NCBI GenBank assembly: GCA_964486395.1
Contig: CAZALP010000001.1
Location: 1 to 30,667 of the forward strand
Direction of reading: 5' to 3'
From: an uncultured Candidatus Saccharibacteria bacterium
GTDB taxonomy: Bacteria > Patescibacteriota > Minisyncoccia > Minisyncoccales > MHMH01
Length of the DNA stretch: 30,667 nucleotides
Under the pieces are notes generated by a model. It was given only the letters and a program-made list of their open reading frames with translations. It did no database searches and was not told where the DNA came from. The position numbers were made by a program, and so were the translations under genes. Of the stretch, positions 17,619 through 25,502 are shown piece after piece. Each line of letters begins with the position of its first letter. Position 1 is the stretch's first letter.

Positions 17619-17657
17619 TTTTGCCGATCGGTAAAAAAGTATTATAAGGGAATTTTT

Positions 17658-18515
17658 ATGGATTTAGAAAAACTTAAAACAAACGAAATAATTACCTGGT
17701 GTCCGGGTTGCTTGAATTTCGGCATTTTGCAGGCCGTAAAAGAAGCTATTGCCGAGCTGAATATCGCCGGCAGCACAGCCATGGTTACGGGCATCGGCTG
17801 CCACGCCAAAATTTACGACTATCTCAATTTGAAAGGATTTTACGGCATTCACGGCAGAGTATTGCCTATAGCTTTCGGCATTAAACTGGGCAATCCCGAC
17901 CTGAAAGTCATTGGTTTTGGCGGTGATGGTGATACTTATGCCGAAGGCATGGAGCATTTCGTTCATAACTGCCGTTACAATGCCGATATAACCATGATGG
18001 TGCACAATAATCAGGTTTTTTCTCTGACCACCGGGCAGTTTACTCCCACTACGGAAAAAGGATTTAAGGACGGTTCCAGTCCCCTAGGCCTGGCAGAAAG
18101 TCCCATAAATCCGCTTGTTTTGGCAATGGAAGCGGGAGCCACTTTTGTGGCCAGGGCTTATGCCCTGGAGGTTTCTCATTTGAAAGATTTGATGAAGCGG
18201 GCCATAAATCATAAAGGATTTTCCTTTATTGACATTTTGCAGCCGTGCATCGTTTATCATAAATACTCCGTTTCTTATTTGAACAAAAATGTTTACAAGC
18301 TTGACAATACTCACGACGCGAGTAATTTTAATAAAGCTTTGGAAAAAGCGAGAGAATGGGACTATTCTTATGAAAAAGACACTAAAGTTCCCATTGGTCT
18401 TTTTTACGAAACTAAGAGGCCTGCTTTTGAATCCCAATGGCCGCAATTGAAAAGACCCTGGTATAATATAAAGAGAGAAGTCAATTGGCATAATGTTATC
18501 AATAAATTTAAATAA
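17658..18515 (+). CDS. 2-oxoacid:ferredoxin oxidoreductase beta subunit (TPP-binding)
   Basis: WCPGC, GIGC, HGR, GGDGD...NNQVFSLTTGQ and QPC motifs. Confidence 0.94.
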   Translation: MDLEKLKTNEIITWCPGCLNFGILQAVKEAIAELNIAGSTAMVTGIGCHAKIYDYLNLKGFYGIHGRVLPIAFGIKLGNPDLKVIGFGGDGDTYAEGMEHFVHNCRYNADITMMVHNNQVFSLTTGQFTPTTEKGFKDGSSPLGLAESPINPLVLAMEAGATFVARAYALEVSHLKDLMKRAINHKGFSFIDILQPCIVYHKYSVSYLNKNVYKLDNTHDASNFNKALEKAREWDYSYEKDTKVPIGLFYETKRPAFESQWPQLKRPWYNIKREVNWHNVINKFK

Positions 18516-19470
18516 AAAAATCGTTTGTCTGGGCGGGGGAAATGCCATGCCGAAAGCCGTGCTTGAGGGATTGAAAAATTATCCTCTGCAGATTTCGGTA
18601 ATTTCGGCCATGCTTGATTCGGGGGGATCTGCCGGGCGGGAGAGAGATTATTTCAAAACTAAAGTGTCTTTTGGCGATTTCCGCCGGGCAGCTTTGGCTT
18701 TATCCGGTGCGCCCCCGGAGAAAAAAGAAATACTGGCTTCTCGCCTCAAGGACGGTCCCCTGGAGAATCACGTTTTAGCCAATCTTTATTGTTCTTCTTT
18801 TGTAACGGCTGCCAACAATTTTGAGCAATCTATGGAAGAGCTGGAAGAAGAAATTAAAGAAGATTTGGAAATTCTGCCCAGGCATGAGCTTTTGCCGGCC
18901 ACTCTTGACGACGCCACCCTTTGCGTAGAATTGGACAACGGGCAAATTATTAAAGGAGAGGGTAATATAGACGTTCCCAAGCATGACGGCAAAATAGGAA
19001 TAAAGAGGATATTTTTGGAGCCCGAAGCCAAAGCATACCCAAAAGCCCTGGCCGAAATTAAAAAAGCAGATTTAATAGTTATCGGCCCGGGGGATTTGTT
19101 TTCTTCCCTGATCCAGATTTTATTAGTCCGAGGAATCCCCGAAGCTATTAAGAAAAGCAAAGCCACAAAAGTCTATATCTGCAATTTAATGACCAAAAAC
19201 GGCGAAACTAACAATTTCTCGGTTTTGAATTTCGCCGGAGAGATTGAAAAATTGTTGGCAGACAGATTGGACTTCGTAATTTACAATAATTCTTTTCCCA
19301 GAAAAGAGATAATCGAAAAATATAAAAAAGATCATCCTCAATTTCTGGAACCGGTTCCCTTCGACCAAGCTTCTTTGCCCTCTAATTTCATAGGCCTGGA
19401 TTTATTGAGACCCGGCCTTCTGGAGCACGACCCTCAAAAAATATCCGATATTCTAATTTCCATAATATGA
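18493..19470 (+). CDS. YvcK/GlmR (CofD-related) uridine-diphosphate-sugar-binding protein
   Basis: IVCLGGG, DSGGSAG, GDFRR, GEGNID, IGPGDLFSSL, YICNLMT and HDP motifs; overlaps the beta subunit gene by 23 bp. Confidence 0.88.
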   Translation: MLSINLNKKIVCLGGGNAMPKAVLEGLKNYPLQISVISAMLDSGGSAGRERDYFKTKVSFGDFRRAALALSGAPPEKKEILASRLKDGPLENHVLANLYCSSFVTAANNFEQSMEELEEEIKEDLEILPRHELLPATLDDATLCVELDNGQIIKGEGNIDVPKHDGKIGIKRIFLEPEAKAYPKALAEIKKADLIVIGPGDLFSSLIQILLVRGIPEAIKKSKATKVYICNLMTKNGETNNFSVLNFAGEIEKLLADRLDFVIYNNSFPRKEIIEKYKKDHPQFLEPVPFDQASLPSNFIGLDLLRPGLLEHDPQKISDILISII

Positions 19471-20687
19471 TTTCCCAAGTTGTAATTTTGGCTGCGGGTG
19501 AAAGTTCCCGCTTTTGGCCGCTGAATTACCGGCATAAGGCTCTTTTTAAAATAATGGGTAGGCCTTTGATTTGGTATACGCTGGATGGCTTCAAAAAGGC
19601 AGGGATTAAGGAAGCTGTTATCGTTCAGGGGCCCCAAAAAGAAATCCAGCAGGGATTGAAAAACTATGTTTTTCCCAACTTAAAGTTGAATTACGTCATC
19701 CAAAAAAAACCCAAGGGAATGGGCGATGCTCTGTTTCAGGCTAAAAATTCACTAAAAGACAGGTTCTTTGTTGCGCATGCTCATCGTTTGGATGCCCCAG
19801 AGTATATCAAGCCTTTGAAATCGGAAAAAGCCTCCTTGGTTTTGTTTGCGGTAAAAACAGCCACCCCCTACCTTTACGGAGTTTTAGAATTCCAGGGGAA
19901 CAAAGTGAAGAGAATCGTTGAACAGCCAAAAAAGGGAAAGGAGCCTTCCGATTGGGGGGTGAGAGGATTTTATCTTTTGTCCAAAGATTTCTTCGATTAT
20001 TACACAAAAGTGAGAGGGGGGCGCTACGACTTTGAAAAGACTCTTAATTTATTAATTAAATACAAGGGAGCCAAACTGGTGAAGACCAATAAAGAGGAAT
20101 TAAATTTGAAATACCCTTGGCATTTGTTTTCCGTCTCTCAGTATCTGATGCAGAATTACTTGAAATCAAAGATTTCCAAGTCCGCTGCCGTTGCTAAAGA
20201 CGCTGTGATTAAGGGGCCAGTATACATTGGAGAAAGAGTCAAGGTTTTCGAAGGAGCTGTAATCAAAGGCCCTTGCTATATCGGAGACGACTGCATGATA
20301 GGAAGCAATTCTATAGTCAGAGATAATACCAATCTGGAAAAGAATGTTTTAATCGGAGCTTTGAGCGAAGTGACCCGCTCCATTTTTCAGGAAGGCGCTC
20401 ATTGTCACTCCGGATATTTCGGAGACTCGGTTTTCGGAGAAAATTGCCGATTGGGAGCGGGAACCGTAACAGCCAACGTCAAATTGGACAGGGGAGAGAT
20501 AAAATCTACCGGTTTGAGTTCTCTGGGAGCAATCGCGGGAAAAAATACCAACATAGGAATCAATGCTTCTTTGATGCCAGGCGTTTTGATCGGATCAAAT
20601 TGCACAGTTGGTCCGGGTTCAGTAGTTTTTGATAATGTTAAAGATAATCAAGTGCACTTTACCAAATTCCAGACCTTGACCCGGTAG
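19467..20687 (+). CDS. Sugar-1-phosphate nucleotidyltransferase with C-terminal left-handed beta-helix (archaeal GlmU-like)
   Basis: VILAAGESSRFWPL, KALFKIMGRPL, YPWHL and hexapeptide repeats including HSGYFGDS and GAGTVTAN. Confidence 0.85.
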   Translation: MISQVVILAAGESSRFWPLNYRHKALFKIMGRPLIWYTLDGFKKAGIKEAVIVQGPQKEIQQGLKNYVFPNLKLNYVIQKKPKGMGDALFQAKNSLKDRFFVAHAHRLDAPEYIKPLKSEKASLVLFAVKTATPYLYGVLEFQGNKVKRIVEQPKKGKEPSDWGVRGFYLLSKDFFDYYTKVRGGRYDFEKTLNLLIKYKGAKLVKTNKEELNLKYPWHLFSVSQYLMQNYLKSKISKSAAVAKDAVIKGPVYIGERVKVFEGAVIKGPCYIGDDCMIGSNSIVRDNTNLEKNVLIGALSEVTRSIFQEGAHCHSGYFGDSVFGENCRLGAGTVTANVKLDRGEIKSTGLSSLGAIAGKNTNIGINASLMPGVLIGSNCTVGPGSVVFDNVKDNQVHFTKFQTLTR

Positions 20688-20756
20688 TGAAATTTTAACA
20701 GGATTTCCGAAACGGAAATTTTATCCACGACGTGGGTCAAAATTCTACCACCGGAT
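20679..20756. repeat. Inverted-repeat-bounded element, copy 2 (ACCCGGTAGTGAAA...AATTCTACCACCGGAT)
   Basis: Same termini as 1570-1640 with a different interior: ATTTCCG-aaa-CGGAAAT and CCAC-gac-GTGG hairpins. It contains the TAG stop of the GlmU-like gene. Confidence 0.75.
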
Positions 20757-20814
20757 TGATAAAAAAAGAGATAATCTGATAAGATGTAATATCGTTAACA
20801 AAAGGAGGTGTCGA

Positions 20815-21024
20815 ATGCTTATCATTGAAAAGAATTCCACGTGGTTGGGCAAAGGGGCGATTGTTCCGACGAAAAAAGAACTTGAGGTGATTATTCATGC
20901 TCTTATAGAAGAGTATGACCAAGTAGTCCGCAGCGGTGGAAATCGTTACGGACCGATGGATCATCTCGAAATGAAAGCTTTAATAGAAGAATTACAAAAA
21001 TACAAGACAGAAAGGGGCTTATAG
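20815..21024 (+). CDS. Small hypothetical protein (69 aa)
   Basis: Strong SD AAAGGAGGTG at 20801-20810, TGaTAAGAT extended -10 at 20777-20785, and a hairpin plus T tract over the stop. No family recognised. Confidence 0.75.
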   Translation: MLIIEKNSTWLGKGAIVPTKKELEVIIHALIEEYDQVVRSGGNRYGPMDHLEMKALIEELQKYKTERGL

Positions 21025-21065
21025 TCCCCTTTTCGTTTTTAGGAAATAGGTTAGAGTAAAATAAT

Positions 21066-21611
21066 ATGGAGATTATAAAGCCCAATCTTGGGAAGGCGGC
21101 AATGGCGATAAAAGAGGGGAAGGTTTTGGTTTGTCCCACGGATACAGTTTACGGGCTGATTTGTGATGCCGGAAATAAAAAGGCCCTTGAAAGACTGTAT
21201 AAGATAAAAAAAAGATCCAGAAAAAAACCGATTCCCATTTTCGTCGGAAGCATTAGGATGGCAAAAAAGCTGGCTCGCATCAGCGGGGAGCAGGAGGAAT
21301 TTTTAAGGAAAGTCTGGCCAGGCAAAATGACAGTGGTTTTGGAAAGAAAGAAAGGAGGGACCGTTGGTTTGAGGGTGCCCAATTACGCTTTTGTGTTGAA
21401 TTTGATCGGGAGGGTCAACCGTCCCCTGACAGGCACTTCCGCCAATATTTCCGGCCAGCCGGCCTCGACGAAAGTTAAAGAAGTCCGGGAACAATTTAAT
21501 AATCGGAGGCCTCAACCTGATCTGATTATTGATGCTGGCAATTTGCCTCCTTCCAAGCCGTCTACTGTAATTGATTTAACCATATGGCCGCCAAAAATAT
21601 TAAGAAATTAA
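21066..21611 (+). CDS. tsaC: L-threonylcarbamoyladenylate synthase (short TsaC/YrdC type)
   Basis: PTDTVYGL, LYKIKKR, GLRVP, TSANISG and PSTVIDL motifs; no Sua5 C-terminal domain. Confidence 0.94.
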   Translation: MEIIKPNLGKAAMAIKEGKVLVCPTDTVYGLICDAGNKKALERLYKIKKRSRKKPIPIFVGSIRMAKKLARISGEQEEFLRKVWPGKMTVVLERKKGGTVGLRVPNYAFVLNLIGRVNRPLTGTSANISGQPASTKVKEVREQFNNRRPQPDLIIDAGNLPPSKPSTVIDLTIWPPKILRN

Positions 21612-21623
21612 AACGTTAGTTTT

Positions 21624-22634
21624 ATGCGTATTTTAGGTATAGATACTTCCTGCGACGATACAGCCGTTGCTTTATTAAAGGTTGGCAATTCGAAGTTCGA
21701 AATTTTGAGCAACATTGTTTCGTCACAAGTAAAAATCCATCAAAAATATGGCGGAGTTTACCCTTTTTTAGCCAAAAGAGAACATCAGAAGAATTTGCCC
21801 ATAGTTTTGAAAAGCGCCATTAAAGGATACAAATTTTCCAACATTGACTTGATTGGAGTGACGGTAGGGCCTGGCTTGGAGCCATGTCTTTGGCAGGGAA
21901 TAAATTTCGCTAAAGAAATTGCAAGAAAACACAAAAAGCCGTTAATCCCCGTAAATCACATCGAAGCCCACATTCTCGCTAATTTCATTAATCGCAGTTC
22001 AACCGCGATTAAATTTCCGGCGGTGGCTTTAGTGGTAAGCGGCGGGCACACGCAGTTAGTTTTAATAAAGAAGATTGGTCAATATAAACTGATTGGCGAG
22101 ACGAGAGATGATGCGGCAGGGGAATGTTTTGATAAGGTAGCTAGAATTCTCGACTTGGGATACCCTGGCGGTCCCGCTATTGCCGCTCAGGCAGCAAAAT
22201 TTAAAAAGGACAAAAACTATACAGGTGTAGAATTATTGTACTCTTTGCCGAGACCGATGATTAAGCAGAAAAATTACGATTTCAGTTTCTCCGGGCTCAA
22301 AACTGCGGTATTATATAAAGTGAAGGAAAAGAAATACAACAAAAAAGCTATGGCAGCTGAAGTTCAACAGGCAATTATTGATGTTTTAATTTATAAAACA
22401 TTGAAAGCCGTCAAAGATTACAAGGTGAAATCAGTACTTCTTGGGGGAGGTGTGGCCGCCAATGACGAATTAAGGAAGCAATTCCGAAAAAAGACCAAAA
22501 TTTTTGTTCCCCCTAAAAACTTATGCACAGACAATGCAGCCATGGTGGCGGCAACCTGCTATTTCCACAGAAAAGAAAGAAAGAAATTAGAAGGCATTAA
22601 GGCCGACGCCAACTTTAGAATTAAAAATTTATAA
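21624..22634 (+). CDS. tsaD: tRNA N6-adenosine threonylcarbamoyltransferase
   Basis: LGIDTSCDDT, TVGPGL, NHIEAH, VVSGGHT, DDAAGECFDK, FSFSGLKT, GGVAAN, TDNAAM. Confidence 0.96.
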   Translation: MRILGIDTSCDDTAVALLKVGNSKFEILSNIVSSQVKIHQKYGGVYPFLAKREHQKNLPIVLKSAIKGYKFSNIDLIGVTVGPGLEPCLWQGINFAKEIARKHKKPLIPVNHIEAHILANFINRSSTAIKFPAVALVVSGGHTQLVLIKKIGQYKLIGETRDDAAGECFDKVARILDLGYPGGPAIAAQAAKFKKDKNYTGVELLYSLPRPMIKQKNYDFSFSGLKTAVLYKVKEKKYNKKAMAAEVQQAIIDVLIYKTLKAVKDYKVKSVLLGGGVAANDELRKQFRKKTKIFVPPKNLCTDNAAMVAATCYFHRKERKKLEGIKADANFRIKNL

Positions 22635-22644
22635 AATTTTAGGT

Positions 22645-22720
22645 TCCCCTCGTGTTGGAAATTATTCAAAACCTCGGGGAGTTGCCCGAAGGCCGCAAGA
22701 GGAATCCGTCTGCGGCGGAT
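22645..22720. repeat. GC-rich REP-like hairpin cluster between tsaD and the MFS gene
   Basis: TCCCC...GGGGA ends, a CCGAAGGC core and an ATCCGTC-tgc-GGCGGAT hairpin. Confidence 0.4.
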
Positions 22721-22730
22721 AAAAGAAGGT

Positions 22731-23981
22731 ATGCCTTTTCATTTTCCTCCAATTAATTTTCTTCAATATCTTCTCAAAAGAGAGTCGGAGCAATTTTTTG
22801 TCTCAATCGCCATCAGAAGTCTGGCTTTGGGAATGATTTTAATCTTCGAGCCGGTTTATCTTTATCTTTATTTTAACTATTCTCTTCCTCTGACCCTGTT
22901 GTTCTTTGGCGCCGTCCACATGCTTTTTGGAGTATTGGCAGTTTACGGAGGAAAGGCCATGGCTAAGTTCGGTTTGAAACGCGTTATGCTTTTTAGCCAT
23001 TTTTTCTTTTTCGGATATTATCTTTGCTTGTTTTTTCTTTACCAATCTTTTTTGCTGGTACCCTTGGCCATAATTTTAAAAGGATTTGGCATGATTCTTT
23101 TTTGGCCGGCTTTCCATGTTGATTTTTGCCGCTTTTCAGAAAGAAATCACCAGGGGAGAGAGGTGGGCAAAATGAATGTCGCTATTTTGATTCCCACCAT
23201 CATTAGTCCGATGATCGGCGGATGGATTTTGGCCGGTTTGGGTTATCCGGCCCTGTTTGTCGCAGTTTTGGTAGTTCTTTTTGCTTCTTCTATTCCTATG
23301 TTTCTTTCTAAAGAAGTTCATGTAATTTATAGCGATTCCTACCGTATGGCTTGGAGAAGAATCTTAAGAAAAGCTAACAAAAGAATCAATTGGGGGATTA
23401 TTGCCAATAGTATAGAGATGGGGGTCAATTCTTACTGTTGGCCTTTATTTATGGCTATTTTGGCGATCGGTTACGGCACTATGGGAGGGATTACCACTTT
23501 TGCTTTAGGGATGGCTGTTCTTTTTACTCTTTATATCGGCAGAATGTCTGATAAAATTATTAATCGAGTTAAACTTTTGAATTTGGGCTCCTTTTTAACT
23601 TCTATCGCCTGGATATTGAAATATTTTGTTACTACTCCCTTTACGGCTTTTTTAGCTCAAACTCTTTATAGAATTTGTCGGACTACGGCTGGTGTTCCTC
23701 ATCAAACCCTTCTTTATGAAAGAGCTTCTCTTAAGGGAGCCGAAACCGATGAATTTATAATTTACCGCGAAACGATTTTTAATGTTTCTCGCGGCGTCTT
23801 TTTTATATTTTTGGCGCTTCTTTTTTTGGTAATTCCTAAAATCAACATAGCTTTTATATTAGCGGCAGTAGTTTCTTTGGGTATGACTTTTTTGGGGGTA
23901 CCTCCCAAGGCAATTAGAAATCTAAAATGGATAAGAGAAATGAAAAATCATGGATTATCTATTATTTCAAAAAATAAATAG
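22731..23981 (+). CDS. MFS-type transporter
   Basis: About 12 hydrophobic segments; GGKAMAKFGLK and GRMSDKII loop motifs resembling MFS motif A. Confidence 0.8.
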   Translation: MPFHFPPINFLQYLLKRESEQFFVSIAIRSLALGMILIFEPVYLYLYFNYSLPLTLLFFGAVHMLFGVLAVYGGKAMAKFGLKRVMLFSHFFFFGYYLCLFFLYQSFLLVPLAIILKGFGMILFWPAFHVDFCRFSERNHQGREVGKMNVAILIPTIISPMIGGWILAGLGYPALFVAVLVVLFASSIPMFLSKEVHVIYSDSYRMAWRRILRKANKRINWGIIANSIEMGVNSYCWPLFMAILAIGYGTMGGITTFALGMAVLFTLYIGRMSDKIINRVKLLNLGSFLTSIAWILKYFVTTPFTAFLAQTLYRICRTTAGVPHQTLLYERASLKGAETDEFIIYRETIFNVSRGVFFIFLALLFLVIPKINIAFILAAVVSLGMTFLGVPPKAIRNLKWIREMKNHGLSIISKNK

Positions 23982-24450
23982 TTGGGCCGGACGATGGAAT
24001 TGGCTGGATGCTTTGGGTATTTTTTCGGCCAAATATTTAATTTTCATACTGGTAGCCCTAGTGATTTTCATTTTTTGGAGAAAACGAAAAGTTATCATCG
24101 GCACCTTTTTAGCGGCAGTTTTGGCCAAATTTGTGATTGTTGATTTGATTCGTTGGATTTGGCCCAAGGCCAGACCATTTGTTGAAAATAATGTTCATTT
24201 GCTTATCAATAAAATTAACCAATCGGCTTTTCCCTCGGGCCATGCCGCTTTTGCCTTCGCTTTATCGGCAGTTGTTTATTTTTATAATAAAAAGGCCGGC
24301 ATTTTATTTTTTGTTGCCAGCTTTTTGATTGCTGTTTCCCGAGTTTTTGTTGGCGTTCATTGGCCATCAGACATTGTGGCTGGAGCCGGAATCGGAATTT
24401 TTTCCGGCTGGCTGGTTATAAGGATTTTCAAAAAGAAAAACTCGAAATAA
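23950..24450 (+). CDS. PAP2 family phosphatase (undecaprenyl-pyrophosphate phosphatase-like)
   Basis: KARPF, FPSGHA and SRVFVGVHWPSD catalytic motifs. Confidence 0.92.
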   Translation: MDYLLFQKINSWAGRWNWLDALGIFSAKYLIFILVALVIFIFWRKRKVIIGTFLAAVLAKFVIVDLIRWIWPKARPFVENNVHLLINKINQSAFPSGHAAFAFALSAVVYFYNKKAGILFFVASFLIAVSRVFVGVHWPSDIVAGAGIGIFSGWLVIRIFKKKNSK

Positions 24451-24477
24451 CAACTATGGTCTTGATTTCGAGTTTTT
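24436..24477. repeat. 42-bp palindrome, copy 1 (terminator-like)
   Basis: 13-bp perfect arms AAAAACTCGAAAT/ATTTCGAGTTTTT overlapping the PAP2 stop codon; a second copy lies at 28618-28659. Confidence 0.85.
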
Positions 24478-24574
24478 GGGGGCGGGAGGAGTCGCCCTAA
24501 GAGAGCAAAGGAGTTTACCTCTTTCATTTTTTTGTTGCACAAAGTTAAAATCCCCATGAAGAGGATTCAGTTTG

Positions 24575-24658
24575 TGCCGCGGGAGGGAGTTGAACCCTCA
24601 AGAGCATAAGCTCATACGATTTTGAGTCGTACGCGTATTCCAATTCCGCCACCGCGGC
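24575..24658 (-). tRNA. tRNA-Leu (anticodon CAA), CCA end not encoded
   Basis: Reverse complement folds: GCCGCGG/CCGCGGC acceptor stem, TACGA-CTCAAAA-TCGTA anticodon arm, GAGC-TTAT-GCTC variable arm, GAGGG-TTCAACT-CCCTC T arm, discriminator A followed by CAA. Confidence 0.96.
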
Positions 24659-24671
24659 AAATTACCTTATT

Positions 24672-24700
24672 AATTTATCAATTTTTTTATTGTTTGTCAA
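24672..24700 (-). promoter_or_regulatory. sigma70 promoter of tRNA-Leu
   Basis: TTGACA-17 bp-TAAATT with an extended TG on the minus strand. Confidence 0.7.
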
Positions 24701-24722
24701 TTTAAAAATTATGTGCTAATTT
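24694..24722 (+). promoter_or_regulatory. sigma70 promoter of parAB (predicted leaderless)
   Basis: TTGTCA-17 bp-TAATTT with an extended TG; predicted +1 falls at about the ATG at 24729. Confidence 0.6.
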
Positions 24723-24728
24723 GATTTA

Positions 24729-25502
24729 ATGACCCGTATTATCGCCATAGCGAACCAGAAAGGAGGCGTGGGGAAGAGTTCTGTTGCAACTAATTTGCCT
24801 GTTTTTTTAAGTGCCACGGGCAAAAGAGTTTTGCTGGTTGATATGGACTCTCAAGCCAACGCCACTTTATCTTTGGGGATTGCTCCGCGCCGTCTGCCTC
24901 TTTCTATATATCACGCTTTGATGGGTCAAATTAGCCCTTCGGCTATTATCAGGAAAAGCCCGTTTTTTAATTACGAAATTATGCCGGCTTCCCCGGATTT
25001 GGCGGGAGCCACAGTAGAATTGGTTAATTCGGAAGCCAGAGAATTCAAGCTCCGCCAGATTTTAGAAAAAGTAAAAGAACCCTACGATTTTATCTTCATT
25101 GATTCTCCTCCCAGTTTGGGCTTGCTGACCATAAACGCTCTTTGTGCCGCCGATGAAGTTTTGATACCCGTGCAGTGCGAGTACTTGGCTTTGGAAGGCT
25201 TGAAACAACTCCTCAGTACCATTAATTTAGTCAAAGATAACTTAAAGCCGGATTTGAGGATTGCCGGCGCCCTTTTGACAATGTATAGTAGAAATAACAA
25301 GGTTTCTCGGGAAGTAGCCAAAGAAGTGAGGAGAAATTTTCCAGGTTACGTTTTTGATACCGTCATTCCTAGAACTATAGTATTGGCGGAAGCCCCAAAA
25401 TTCGGAAAAACTATTTTGCAATACGCTCCCGCTTCCATGGCCGTAAAGGCTTATCGGGAGCTGGCAGAGGAGTTGATAAATTTAAATAATAAAAAAACAT
25501 GA
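24729..25502 (+). CDS. parA: ParA/Soj chromosome partitioning ATPase
   Basis: Deviant Walker A NQKGGVGKS, DMDSQANAT, IDSPPSLG, PVQCEYLALEG and LAEAP. Confidence 0.96.
   Translation: MTRIIAIANQKGGVGKSSVATNLPVFLSATGKRVLLVDMDSQANATLSLGIAPRRLPLSIYHALMGQISPSAIIRKSPFFNYEIMPASPDLAGATVELVNSEAREFKLRQILEKVKEPYDFIFIDSPPSLGLLTINALCAADEVLIPVQCEYLALEGLKQLLSTINLVKDNLKPDLRIAGALLTMYSRNNKVSREVAKEVRRNFPGYVFDTVIPRTIVLAEAPKFGKTILQYAPASMAVKAYRELAEELINLNNKKT

Noticed and set aside
20721-20729. TTATCCACG, one mismatch from a DnaA box
   Set aside because: It is a single imperfect copy inside a repeat element, with no box cluster or dnaA nearby to support an origin.
24480-24575. tRNA-Leu 3' end as an integration site for a genomic island
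   Set aside because: No integrase and no duplicated tRNA 3' fragment were seen in the window; the downstream DNA holds only small hairpins.
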